A stretch of DNA of 64,000 bases. Source: an uncultured Chloroflexia bacterium. GTDB lineage: Bacteria; Chloroflexota; Limnocylindria; Limnocylindrales; CSP1-4. A program made the translations under genes and the position numbers. The notes beneath the pieces are model-generated. The model was not told the origin of the DNA. It saw nothing but the letters and a program-made list of their open reading frames with translations, and did not search any database. Shown here piece by piece: positions 10,937 to 20,540 of the stretch. The DNA is taken from positions 341,133 to 405,132 of the forward strand of contig CAVQJC010000006.1 in NCBI GenBank assembly GCA_963712745.1. Reading direction: 5' to 3'. The first letter of the stretch is position 1. Every line of letters starts with the position of its first letter.

Positions 10937-10993
10937 CTGTGCGACCCTAGGGGGCCGCCACCCGCCACCGCCAGCACTCTGGGGATCCGACCG

Positions 10994-11455
10994 ATGGGCA
11001 AGACCGTCGCCACCAACCGCAAAGCCCGCCACGACTACACGATCGAGGATTCGTTCGAAGCCGGCATCGCGCTCACCGGCACCGAGATCAAGTCGGTGCG
11101 CGAGGGCTCGGTCAACCTGCAGGACGCCTACGCTCGCATCGAGAGGGGAGAGGCCTGGCTGGTCGGTGCCCGAATCGCGCCCTGGGCCGGCGGCAACCGC
11201 TACAACCACGAGCCCATGCGCGACCGCAAGCTGCTGCTCCATCGGACGCAGATAGATCAGTTGCTGGGGCGCACCAAGGCCAAGGGCCTGACGATGGTTC
11301 CGCTTTCGATGTACTTCAACGATCGGGGCAGGGCCAAGATAGAGCTCGGGCTCGCGCGCGGCAAGAAGAACTACGACCGTCGCCGCGATATCGCCGCCCG
11401 CCAGGCCAAGCGCGACATGGATCGCGAGATCTCGGACGCGATGCGCGGCCGCTAG
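10994..11455 (+). CDS. smpB: SsrA-binding protein SmpB
   Basis: NRKARHDY, EAGIALTGTEIKSVR, RKLLLH, GLARGKK. Confidence 0.98.
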   Translation: MGKTVATNRKARHDYTIEDSFEAGIALTGTEIKSVREGSVNLQDAYARIERGEAWLVGARIAPWAGGNRYNHEPMRDRKLLLHRTQIDQLLGRTKAKGLTMVPLSMYFNDRGRAKIELGLARGKKNYDRRRDIAARQAKRDMDREISDAMRGR

Positions 11456-11480
11456 CGCGGCACACCAGCCCCGCCTCGAC

Positions 11481-11510
11481 TAGACAGAACGTGTGTTCGA
11501 CTGCTAGAAT
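11481..11510 (+). promoter_or_regulatory. ssrA sigma70-type promoter with an overlapping LexA-like box
   Basis: TAGACA (11481-86), 18 nt, TAGAAT (11505-10); AGAAC-GTGT-GTTCG at 11486-11499. Confidence 0.6.
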
Positions 11511-11521
11511 CAAGGGTCCGT

Positions 11522-11899
11522 GGGGATGCGTGGTCTCGACAGGGCCCGAACCCCGGAGAACGCGAGTCGAGGTTGCCATCAGGCCTCGTTAATCAGGTGG
11601 CAAAACTAGAAGTAACTGGCAACAACCGCCAGCCTGCTCTCGCCCTCGCGGCCTAAGGCCGTAAGGTGAGCGTGGAAGCAGCCTCGTCCTCGCGGGCTGT
11701 GGAAGCGTCATACAGCGAGGATGCGCATCGGGTCAGCGTCACGTAGCCCGGTGCAAAGCCCGCAAGGGGACGTGACTGGATCCTGCGGCACGGTGCCGAT
11801 GCTGGTCCGCAGGATCGACGACAAACCATCGGATACGCTCGTAGTGGTCTTCGGCAGACGGTTCTGGACGGGGAGTTCGACTCTCCCCCATCTCCACCA
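11522..11899 (+). ncRNA. ssrA: tmRNA; tag peptide (A)GNNRQPALALAA at 11618-11656
   Basis: 5' GGGGATG...TCGAC; 3' T-arm GTTCGACTC and CATCTCCACCA end; resume site after AAGTAACT; tag ends in ALAA; adjacent to smpB. Confidence 0.97.
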
Positions 11900-11914
11900 A
11901 CTCGCAGACACAGC

Positions 11915-11942
11915 ACGACCCCGTCGAAGTCGACGGGGTCGT
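11915..11942. terminator. Hairpin between convergent ssrA and jag
   Basis: ACGACCCCGTCG-AAGT-CGACGGGGTCGT, perfect 12-bp stem. Confidence 0.8.
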
Positions 11943-11980
11943 CGGCTTGTCCGGGGCCGCGGAAGGGCGGCCCGCCTGGA

Positions 11981-12943
11981 TCAGACCTTGAGCACGACCA
12001 CCCGGCGCATCGGCTCTTCGCCGATCGACTGGGTCGCGACGCCGTCGACATCGCGGAGTGCCAGGTGTACCCAGCGACGCTCCAGGGCGGACATCGGCTC
12101 GAGCTGCAGCATCTGGCCGGTCTCGTTGACGCGTTCTGCGGCACGCGTGGCCACCTCCACGAGCTGGCGCTCGCGGCGGCCACGGTAATCCTCGACGTCG
12201 ACGAGTACGCGGGTCCAGGTGCCCATCTTGCGAGAGAGCATGAGGTTCACCAGGTGCTGCAGCGCCGACAGGCGTTCGCCCTTGCGGCCGATGAGCGCAC
12301 CCAGCGCCTCCTTCTCCTCCTCGTCGGCTCCGTAGACGGTGATCTTGGCAGTGGCTCCGGTGGTGACCTCGACCGATGCGTCGTAGCCCATCATCTCGAC
12401 CAGCTGCTCGAGGATCTCCTTGCCGGCAGCCAGCGCCTCCGGCGAGATCTCGGCGTCCTCGGTGGGTTCGGCTTTGACAGTGGTGCCTGCGGCGACTGCG
12501 GCCTCGACCTCGGTGGCGGCGGCTTCACTCACCTTGGAGGCCTCGCGCGAGCGACTCCCACCACGACTTCGGCGCCGGTCGGCACCGTCGCCGCGCTCGC
12601 TCGACTTGCGGCGCGGCTTGGGCTCCGCTGGCGCTTCGTCGTCAAGTGGCGCCGGGGCCTCTGCCGGAGCTGCTGTCGGTGCCGGAACGGCCTTCTCCAC
12701 GGGAGCGGCCTCCTGCACCGGAGCGGCCTGTGCGGGCTCCTTCCGGGGCGTGCCACCAGCCAGCGCCGTTCGTGGCGCCGCGATGATGCGTGCGGGCTCA
12801 GCGCCCATGCCCAAGACGCCTCGGCTGCCCTGGGTCAGGATCTCGAAGTCGAGGTCAGAGAGGCCTGAGACCCCGAACTCCTCGCGCGCGTTCTTGAGGG
12901 CCTCCTCGACGGTCTTGCCCGTGAACTCCTGGTATTCGCTCAT
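11981..12943 (-). CDS. jag: RNA-binding protein Jag/EloR/KhpB
   Basis: Jag_N GKTVEEAL, KH LIGRKGERLSALQHL, R3H ERRWVH. Confidence 0.95.
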   Translation of the reverse strand: MSEYQEFTGKTVEEALKNAREEFGVSGLSDLDFEILTQGSRGVLGMGAEPARIIAAPRTALAGGTPRKEPAQAAPVQEAAPVEKAVPAPTAAPAEAPAPLDDEAPAEPKPRRKSSERGDGADRRRSRGGSRSREASKVSEAAATEVEAAVAAGTTVKAEPTEDAEISPEALAAGKEILEQLVEMMGYDASVEVTTGATAKITVYGADEEEKEALGALIGRKGERLSALQHLVNLMLSRKMGTWTRVLVDVEDYRGRRERQLVEVATRAAERVNETGQMLQLEPMSALERRWVHLALRDVDGVATQSIGEEPMRRVVVLKV

Positions 12944-14380
12944 CGACGTCTCCCTCGCCGGCGGCTGCGACGCCGTGCCGGTCTGATGGTGCCCGCTGCG
13001 CTCTCCTTGGTGGAGCGCTTGGTGGTCGTGGTGGACTTGTCGTCCTGGTCGGACGAGGCTGGCTTGGGCTCCGGCATGCTCACCGGGAAGCGCGGCTGGT
13101 GGTCCTTGGCGAATCCGGGGGTCCAGCCGAACAGCGGGAACAGGCCGCCGAAGCCGTTGATCAGGAACTGCTGCACGATGCTGAAGACGGTGGTGGTGAT
13201 CCAGTAGATGAAGAGGCCCGCCGGCAGGATGGCGCCGTAGATCAGCGAGAACAGCGGCAGCAGCAGCATCATGCGGTTGGTCGTCGCGGCGGCGCTATCG
13301 CCGGGTGCGAGGTTGCGGTTCATCATCATTCGCGACTGGATCAACTGGAGCAGGGCCGACGTCGCAGCCAGCAGCGAGAGGCCGAGGCCGAAGCCGCTGA
13401 AGACCATGACGAAGATCTCGGGCTCGTTCGACGGCAAGCCGCCGGGGTAGCCGGGCAGTTGGAAGCCGGTCTCAGTCGATCTTGGGGATCCAGGCAAGCC
13501 AGGGGATGTCGGGGTTGATGCAGGGGGCGTAGGGATTGCCCGGGTCCTGGCATTGGACGTTGACCAACTGGATGCCGAATGGGTGGAGCATGGAGCTGAT
13601 GTCCGGCGCCTTGAGGCCCTGCATGAAGACCTGGTACATGGGTAGCAGCAGGACGAGCTGCAGCACGGCGGGCAGGCAGCCGGAGGCCGGGTTCACACCG
13701 CGGTCGCGGTAGAGCTTCATCTGCTCTTCGGAGATCTTCTGCCGGTCGCCCTTGTACTTGGTCTGGATGGCCCGTAGCTCCGGCTGGAGCATCTGCATCC
13801 GCCGCTGCGAGACGATCTGCATGCGGAAGATGGGGATCATCAGCGTGCGGATGATGATGGTCAGCAGGATGATGGCGATGCCGATGTCGCCGGTGATGCT
13901 GTAGAGGAAGGCCAGGCCGATGAAGATGACCTGGAAGATCGGCGTGAAGACCCAGGCCAGCAGCGACAGCGGGTTGGCACCGTCGGGCTGCGCCGGACAG
14001 AGGTTGGGGTTGGGCGGGCCGGTCGCATCGGGGTTCGGTGTGACGTTCGGGTCGGGCGAGGGCGTCGGAGCGCAGGGGTCTCCGGTGGTGCGTGCACCGG
14101 GGGCCAGGGTCGGGACGGCGCCGGGCGCGAGGGTAGCGGCCGCGCTGGCCTCTGGCTCGGCGCTGGCCTCTGGCTCGGCGCTGGCGGCCGGTGAGGGCGA
14201 GGTTTCAGGTTCGACCGTGGCCTCGGCCGCCACGGACGGTTGCGGCGACGGGCTGGCCTCCTGGGCCACGACCGGGCCGACGATCATGCTGAAGGCGATG
14301 AACGCGATGGCCAGCGCTGCGAGCAGGTCAAGGAACGAGAGTCGGAACGGCGTCGCGAGGACGGAACGGATACGCATCAC
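12940..14380 (-). CDS. yidC: Membrane protein insertase YidC, apparent frameshift near 13475
   Basis: N part (13472-14380) GIAIILLTIIIR, LQPELRAIQTKYK, GVNPASGCLP; C part (12940-13497) PAGLFIYWITTTVFSIVQQ; position in rnpA-yidD-yidC-jag. Confidence 0.92.
14142..14185. repeat. 18-bp tandem repeat encoding (ASAEPE)2 in the YidC linker
   Basis: GCGCTGGCCTCTGGCTCG x2 plus a partial third copy. Confidence 0.8.
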
Positions 14381-14607
14381 TTCACCGGGTCATAGCCGCC
14401 GGGACGCCATGGACCACAACTGGCGATGCGCTTGGCACCCATCCAGCTGCCTTTGAGCAGCCCGTACTTGGAGATGGCCTGCTCGGTGTAGACCGAGCAG
14501 GATGGTTCATATCGGCACGAACCGGCGAAGAGCGGAGAGAGTGTCTTGCGGTAGACGTGGATCAGGCCGATGCCGAGCCCCTTGGTGAACTGGCTGAACG
14601 ACTTCAC
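14377..14607 (-). CDS. yidD: Membrane protein insertion efficiency factor YidD
   Basis: CRYEPSCSVY...RIASCGPW...GGYDPV. Confidence 0.95.
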   Translation of the reverse strand: MKSFSQFTKGLGIGLIHVYRKTLSPLFAGSCRYEPSCSVYTEQAISKYGLLKGSWMGAKRIASCGPWRPGGYDPVK

Positions 14608-14942
14608 GGACGCGCCTTCACCGAGCTGCGTACTGCGCCGAGCAGGCGCTCGATTGCGCTGCGTAGCTCATCGAAGGAGGCATCGACGGCAGGGGCGCGG
14701 GCGACAACGAGGATGTCCCAGCCGTGGCCCGTCTGGTTAGGGGAGAGACGAAGGATCTCGCGGAGGCGCCGGCGCACACGATTCCTCTGGACGGCGCCTC
14801 CGAGGCGTCGCCCAGTCGAGATGCCGAAGCGGTCGTGGTCGCGGCCATTGGGTACGAAGCGGACGACGATGAGCCGGTCCGACCGCGAGTGTCCCTGCCC
14901 GCCGATGCGGGCGAAGTCCTCGCGGGACCGGATCGTCGGCAC
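14604..14942 (-). CDS. rnpA: Ribonuclease P protein component
   Basis: RFGISTGRRLGGAVQRNRVRRRLRE (RNR motif). Confidence 0.95.
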   Translation of the reverse strand: MPTIRSREDFARIGGQGHSRSDRLIVVRFVPNGRDHDRFGISTGRRLGGAVQRNRVRRRLREILRLSPNQTGHGWDILVVARAPAVDASFDELRSAIERLLGAVRSSVKARP

Positions 14943-14967
14943 CGCCCCCCTTCGTTTCTGCCGGACG

Positions 14968-15105
14968 TCAGACGGTGAGCTTCTTGCGACCACGTGCCCG
15001 CCGAGCGGCGAGCACCTTGCGGCCGCCCTGGGACTTCATGCGCTTGCGGAAGCCGTGCTCCTTGGCGCGATGGCGCTTCTTGGGCTGGTACGTTTGCTTT
15101 GTCAC
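14968..15105 (-). CDS. rpmH: 50S ribosomal protein L34
   Basis: [43 protein letters not shown]. Confidence 0.97.
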   Translation of the reverse strand: MTKQTYQPKKRHRAKEHGFRKRMKSQGGRKVLAARRARGRKKLTV

Positions 15106-15285
15106 GGGGTCAGGGCTCCTTCGGGCAGACGGTCGGGACCTTCTCTCTGGGACCGGCCTGCCGATGCGGATGTGATCGATGCGGAGCACGGTGCTGGTAG
15201 ACCACTTGTGGCCGTCCCGGGCACCAAGGCGCATCCAGACCGCCGGAGTATACGCGACGACCCCCCGAAGACGGAGGAAACAGAC

Positions 15286-15666
15286 GTGTCGAACACACAG
15301 GCGCAGACCCAGCCGCCCTTCCTCGATCCGGGCAGCGCCAGCATGGAGGACTTCGAGCGCCTCGATCTGCGGGTCGGGCGAATCGTCGAGGCCAGCCCGC
15401 TCGAGGGCGCACGCAAGCCCGCCTATCGGCTGCGACTCGACTTCGGAGCGGCGGGTGAACGGCAGTCGTCGGCACAGCTCACGAGGACCTACCCGAACCC
15501 CGCCCAGCTGATCGGGCGGCTGGTGGTGGCCGTGGTCAACTTCCCGCCGCGACGGGTGGCCGGCTTCCGCAGTGAGGTGCTGGTGCTCGGGGCGCTCGGG
15601 GCGGGCGGCGAGATCCCGCTCCTGGCCCCGGACGATGGGGCGGCGCCGGGACAGCGCGTCGGTTAG
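15286..15666 (+). CDS. csaA: CsaA / tRNA-binding OB-fold protein
   Basis: [50 protein letters not shown]; GGAGG RBS. Confidence 0.9.
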   Translation: MSNTQAQTQPPFLDPGSASMEDFERLDLRVGRIVEASPLEGARKPAYRLRLDFGAAGERQSSAQLTRTYPNPAQLIGRLVVAVVNFPPRRVAGFRSEVLVLGALGAGGEIPLLAPDDGAAPGQRVG

Positions 15667-16094
15667 TCTGCCTCGCGCCGGTGCTGTGGGGTACGGTCCG
15701 GAGAGGTGCGGTCTGCAGAAGAGTTGCACGCGGCCACCCCGCCATTCGCATCGGCCACTCCGGCGGTCTGGCGAACGTCCGTTCGGTCCGAGCGTGGCCG
15801 CCCTCGTGTCTCCCTCGTGGCCCGACATCGCGGCCGCGGTCGGCACCGGCCTCGATACTCCCTGGGGGTATGCCGGTTCGACGTTGCGCGGTGCCGAAAC
15901 GCGGTGCTAACGTATGCCGCCCCGGCGCCCTACGAAACGCCTGGGAGCCCAAGCTGGAGCCACCGTCGTGACGGCCCGAGGGGGGCCGGCCCGGTTCCTC
16001 AGATGGGCCGCCGATCGTGCCTCGCCCGGTTCCAGGGACATCGCCCGGACGGAGGCGCAAGAGCTGTGTGCAAGAACGGGTCACGTTGCCATCG

Positions 16095-17474
16095 ATGGAT
16101 GCGAAGCAGGTCTGGAGAGCCGCCCTCGGTGAGCTTCAGGTGTCGCTGTCCCCGGCCAATTACGAGACCTGGCTGAAGGACACCGTGCTCGTCGGGGTCG
16201 ACGGAGACCGCTTTCGCGTCGCAGCACCCAACGGCTTCGCCAAGGATTGGCTTGAGAACCGATACCGCTCGCTTATCGCGCAGACACTGGCCCGCGTGGT
16301 CGGCTACAGCGTCAACGTCGAGTTCGAGGTGCGCGAGTTCGACCCCGACGAGGTGGTCGAGGCAGAGACGCCGCAGGAGTTCACCCGGCCGGCCGGACCC
16401 ACGGTCCGGGTCGAGCCCGGTCGCGTCGGCGGCACCGAGGGCGGAGGTGTCAACCTCAACTCCCGCTACACCTTCCGCACTTTCATCGTAGGCTCGGCTA
16501 ACCGCCTCGCGCACGCCGCCAGCCTCTCGGTCGCCGAACGGCCCGGCGAGGCCTACAACCCGCTCTTCCTCTACGGCGGCGTGGGGCTCGGCAAGACGCA
16601 CCTGATGCACGCGGTCGGCAACGCGGTCGTGCAGCGCTTCCCGCGCAAGCGCGTGGTCTACGCGACCAGCGAGAAGTTCACCAACGACTTCATCACCTCC
16701 ATCCAGCAGGGCCGCATCGACGACTTCCGGGCCCGCTACCGCAAGATCGACCTGCTGCTCATCGACGACATCCAGTTCATCGCCGACAAGGAGCGCACAC
16801 AGGAGGAGTTCTTCCACACCTTCAATGCGATCCACGAGGACGGCAAGCAGATCGTCCTCTCGAGCGATCGGCCGCCCAAGCAGATCACCACGCTCGAGGA
16901 ACGCCTGCGCAGCCGCTTCGAGTGGGGCCTCATCGCCGACCTGACCGCGCCCGACCTGGAGACGCGCATCGCCATCCTGCGCACCAAGTCCGAGGAACAG
17001 GGCGTGCGCGTGGACCCTGAAGCGCTCGAGTTCATCGCGCGCAAGGTCGTGTCGAACATCCGCGAGCTCGAAGGCGCGCTCAATCGCATCGTGGCCTATG
17101 CCTCCATGCAGGGCATGCCCATCAGCGTCGACTTGGCCCAGGCCGTGCTCAGCAACGTGCTTTACAGCCCGCGCAAGCGCGCGGTGACGCCCGAACGCAT
17201 CGCCATGGCCGTGTCGGAGTATTACGACGTGGACCTGGAGGTCCTGCGTGGTCAGAAACGCGATCGCGCCATCGTGGTGCCCCGGCAGATCGCCATGTAC
17301 CTCATGCGCGAGGAGACCGACGTGTCGCTGCTGCGTATCGGCGCCGAGCTGGGTGGCCGCGACCACTCGACCGTGCTGCACGCCTGCAAGAAGATCGACC
17401 AGGAGGCCGCGCGGAACGAGGACCTGCGACGGGAGCTGGCCGCGGTCCGGGAGTCCATCTACTCCGATTCCTAG
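16095..17474 (+). CDS. dnaA: Chromosomal replication initiator DnaA
   Basis: YNPLFLYGGVGLGKTHL, LLIDDIQF, QEEFFHTFN, GGRDHSTVLHA. Confidence 0.99.
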   Translation: MDAKQVWRAALGELQVSLSPANYETWLKDTVLVGVDGDRFRVAAPNGFAKDWLENRYRSLIAQTLARVVGYSVNVEFEVREFDPDEVVEAETPQEFTRPAGPTVRVEPGRVGGTEGGGVNLNSRYTFRTFIVGSANRLAHAASLSVAERPGEAYNPLFLYGGVGLGKTHLMHAVGNAVVQRFPRKRVVYATSEKFTNDFITSIQQGRIDDFRARYRKIDLLLIDDIQFIADKERTQEEFFHTFNAIHEDGKQIVLSSDRPPKQITTLEERLRSRFEWGLIADLTAPDLETRIAILRTKSEEQGVRVDPEALEFIARKVVSNIRELEGALNRIVAYASMQGMPISVDLAQAVLSNVLYSPRKRAVTPERIAMAVSEYYDVDLEVLRGQKRDRAIVVPRQIAMYLMREETDVSLLRIGAELGGRDHSTVLHACKKIDQEAARNEDLRRELAAVRESIYSDS

Positions 17475-17870
17475 CCACCGATGGCCGCCAGCGCCGGCTG
17501 GGTTTCGGCCAGCGAGATTCGCGCGGCTGGTGGGTGCGCATGTGCCCAGACCGACGCTCGCAGCCACGCCCGACATGGTGGATGGGGCTGTGGATTACCC
17601 GGGCGCTTGAGCGCTGGTGCGCGGGCTTCACGGTGGGTGCAGCGGTGGGCCAGCCGGGAGCGGTACGTGGGTATCGGACGGGCCGTCCACATCGGCAGGG
17701 CGACGGCACACCGCTCACCCACAGGCTGTCCGCCGTCTCGGACAGGGCCGGGTAAGCGTGAGTGCAGCACGGCGCGGTCGAACCATCATCACAATCCACA
17801 GCATGAAGATGATGATGAGATGAGAAGATTAGATAGACCCATGTACATCTAATAGGGAGCTCGTCCGCTC
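17475..17870. other. Replication origin oriC (dnaA-dnaN intergenic)
   Basis: DnaA-box-like 9-mers TGTGGATTA (17589), CCGTCCACA (17683), TCACCCACA (17715), CAATCCACA (17792), then a (GAT)n/AT-richer tract at 17803-17855. Confidence 0.85.
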
Positions 17871-18992
17871 GTGAAGCTGTCCTTGATGCAGGAGAACCTG
17901 GCCCGGGGCCTGTCCCTCGTCAGTCGCGCTGTCAGCAGCCGGGCGACGCTGCCGGTTCTCGCCAATGTCCTGCTGAAGACCCAGGATGGTGGACTCCGTC
18001 TGACGGCCACCAATCTCGAGATCGGCATCTCCGTCTGGGTGCCAGGCAAGATCGATACGGACGGCACCACGACCGTGCCCGCTCGCCTGCTCACCGACGT
18101 GGTGGGTGGACTGCCGTCCGGTGAACGAGTCGACCTGGAGATGGAGCAGGACGACACACTGCTCATCCGGGCCGGTGCCTACAGGACTCACCTGCGCGGG
18201 ATCGAGGCTGAGGAGTTCCCGGTCATCCCCGGCGCCGGCGACCGGCCGACCACCCAGGTCAGCCAGAAGTCCCTGCGCCGCGCGCTCAGCGAGGTGAGTT
18301 TCGCTGCGGCGGCCGACGAGACGCGCCCGATCCTCACCGGCGTGCTGACCCAGTTCAGCGGTGAGACCCTGACCCTGGCTGCGGCCGACAACTACCGCAT
18401 CGCGGTCAAGACACTGGAGTTGATGCAGTCGGTCGAGGAGACCAGCGTGGTCGTCCCGGCCCGCTCGTACATCGAGCTGATGCGTGTGCTCGGCGACACC
18501 GACGAGCCAGTCGACATCATCCTCGCCCAGGCCAAGAGTCAGGTCATCTTCAAGGTCGATACCACCGAGTTGGTCAGCCGGCTCATCGACGGCCAGTTCC
18601 CCAACTACCAGTCGGTCCTGCCGACCTCACACAGCACCCGTGCACTCGTCGATCGCGACGAGTTGCTGAAGGCCGTGCGCCTGACCGCCCTCATCGCCTC
18701 CTCCTCAGCCAACGTGGTTCGCCTCGGTTTCGGCGAGGAGGAGAACCCAGGCTCCATCGCTGTCAACGCCAAGGCCGACATCGGTGATGCCGAAGGCCAG
18801 GTCGAGGCCCAGCTCGAGGGTGACCCCGTGACCATCGCGTTCAATGCGCGCTACCTCGTGGAGGCACTGCAGAACATGGAGGCCGAGCAGTTGGCGGTCG
18901 AGCTCAGCGGCCCGCTGGCACCCGGCGTGCTCAAGCCCGTGGACGACCCCGCCTACGTCCACGTCATCATGCCGGTGCGTACACCGTCCTGA
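17871..18992 (+). CDS. dnaN: DNA polymerase III beta clamp
   Basis: LPVLANVLL, TATNLEIGI, SRLIDGQFPNY, HVIMPVR. Confidence 0.98.
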   Translation: MKLSLMQENLARGLSLVSRAVSSRATLPVLANVLLKTQDGGLRLTATNLEIGISVWVPGKIDTDGTTTVPARLLTDVVGGLPSGERVDLEMEQDDTLLIRAGAYRTHLRGIEAEEFPVIPGAGDRPTTQVSQKSLRRALSEVSFAAAADETRPILTGVLTQFSGETLTLAAADNYRIAVKTLELMQSVEETSVVVPARSYIELMRVLGDTDEPVDIILAQAKSQVIFKVDTTELVSRLIDGQFPNYQSVLPTSHSTRALVDRDELLKAVRLTALIASSSANVVRLGFGEEENPGSIAVNAKADIGDAEGQVEAQLEGDPVTIAFNARYLVEALQNMEAEQLAVELSGPLAPGVLKPVDDPAYVHVIMPVRTPS

Positions 18993-19053
18993 TCGACGCC
19001 GCGACCCAGCGCTCCACGGCCGACCCAGTCGGTCGTCTGACGCATCACGCCTG

Positions 19054-20187
19054 ATGCCTGTCCGCACGCTCACGCTCGATGGCTTTCGCAGCTATCAGCA
19101 CCTCGAGGTCACGTTTGGCGACGGCCCCCATGTCGTGGTCGGCCGCAACGCCGCCGGCAAGACCAACCTCGTCGAGGCCTTGGTCGTGCTCTCCGAGGGT
19201 CGTTCGCATCGCAGCTCGGCCGATCCCGAGATGGTGCGCTGGGGGGTCGACTTCGCCCGTGCCTCAGCACGGGTCGAGCTCGGCGCTCGGACCGAGGAGC
19301 TCGAGGTCGTCATCCACGCCCGGGGGGCAGGGTCCGGAGCTCGCAAGCGCATCCGCGTCAACGGCGTGAACCGGCGCGCAGCCGCTCTCCGACCCATCCT
19401 GCGCTCCGTGCTCTTCGCGCCCGAAGACATGTTGCTCATCGTGGGCTCGCCCTCTCTGCGCCGATACCTGCTCGACGCGCTCGTGGTCCAGCGCGAGCCG
19501 ACCGCCGCCGCCGTCATGTCCACCTACCAGCGAACGCTCACCCAGCGCAACTCACTGCTCCGTCGTATCCGCGAGGAGGAAGCTGATCGAGCCGAGCTTC
19601 CGTACTGGGATAACGTCATCGTCGAGCACGGCGGCCGGATCCTCGACTGGCGTCACGAGACGCTCGCAGCCATGGCCGAACCGCTCTCCGCGGCGCATCG
19701 GGAGATCGCGCCCGAGGAGAGCGGGCTGAACCTGCGCTACGTCTCCAACGTCGAACCGTCTGCCAACGAGAGCCACGAAGCCGCCCTGCGCCGGCGCTTG
19801 CGGGAGACGGCCGACAAAGAGGTCTGGAACGGTGCCACGCTGGTGGGGCCGCACCGCGACGATCTGGCCTTCGAGACCGACGGCAGGCAGTTGACCGAAT
19901 TCGCCTCGCGTGGGCAGCAGCGCACGGCCATCCTGGCGCTGAAGCTGGCCGAGCTGGACGTCCTCACTGCCCTCGACGGCCGCCCTCCGCTACTGCTCCT
20001 CGACGACGTGTTCAGCGAGCTCGATCCAGAACGCCGGGCCCATCTCGTCCGCCGCATCGGCAGTCTGCCCCAGGCCATCGTGACCACGACCACGCCGGAC
20101 GACCTCGACCCTGCGCTGGTAGCGGCCTCGACGCTGTGGCAGGTGGAGCCCGGGACTGTCTCGCGGGCCGGCGAGGCAGCGAGGTGA
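19054..20187 (+). CDS. recF: DNA replication/repair protein RecF
   Basis: GRNAAGKTNLVEA, GPHRDDL, ASRGQQRT, LLLLDDVFSELD. Confidence 0.97.
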   Translation: MPVRTLTLDGFRSYQHLEVTFGDGPHVVVGRNAAGKTNLVEALVVLSEGRSHRSSADPEMVRWGVDFARASARVELGARTEELEVVIHARGAGSGARKRIRVNGVNRRAAALRPILRSVLFAPEDMLLIVGSPSLRRYLLDALVVQREPTAAAVMSTYQRTLTQRNSLLRRIREEEADRAELPYWDNVIVEHGGRILDWRHETLAAMAEPLSAAHREIAPEESGLNLRYVSNVEPSANESHEAALRRRLRETADKEVWNGATLVGPHRDDLAFETDGRQLTEFASRGQQRTAILALKLAELDVLTALDGRPPLLLLDDVFSELDPERRAHLVRRIGSLPQAIVTTTTPDDLDPALVAASTLWQVEPGTVSRAGEAAR

Positions 20188-20528
20188 ACGCGCGCAAACG
20201 GCCCGTCCACCGCCTGGGCGACCTGCTTCCCGGCATCGCCAGCCAGCTGGGGCTCGACGAGGAGCTGAAGGCGGCCCGGGCCATGGCGTCCTGGTCGCGC
20301 CTGACCGAGGAGCTGGTGCCGGCCGCAGCCGGAGCGTCGCGCCTGCTGGAGGTCCGCCCGCCGGCGCTGCTGGTGACCGCTGACGATGCTCCCACGGCCC
20401 AGGAGCTCCGCCTGCACTCCGCGGAGCTGCTGGACGCCTTCGCCTCCGCCCCCGGGGGCCAGCGCCTGCTGGAGCTGCAGGTGATCGTGCGCCGGCCGCT
20501 GAGCGGGGATTCCGCCAAGCCGCGCTAG
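20184..20528 (+). CDS. DciA / DUF721-family protein
   Basis: Small ORF coupled to recF (GTGA overlap); ..MASWSRL..AQELRL.. pattern; typical position. Confidence 0.75.
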   Translation: MNARKRPVHRLGDLLPGIASQLGLDEELKAARAMASWSRLTEELVPAAAGASRLLEVRPPALLVTADDAPTAQELRLHSAELLDAFASAPGGQRLLELQVIVRRPLSGDSAKPR

Positions 20529-20540
20529 ACTAGGCCGCCC

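Noticed and set aside
11880-11980. Integrated element at the ssrA 3' end
   Set aside because: No integrase and no duplicated ssrA 3' fragment seen; ssrA is followed directly by a hairpin and jag
13465-13500. Frameshift splitting yidC, considered as pseudogene or recoding site
   Set aside because: Essential gene, both halves intact, no slippery motif; most likely a 1-nt assembly error (check reads)
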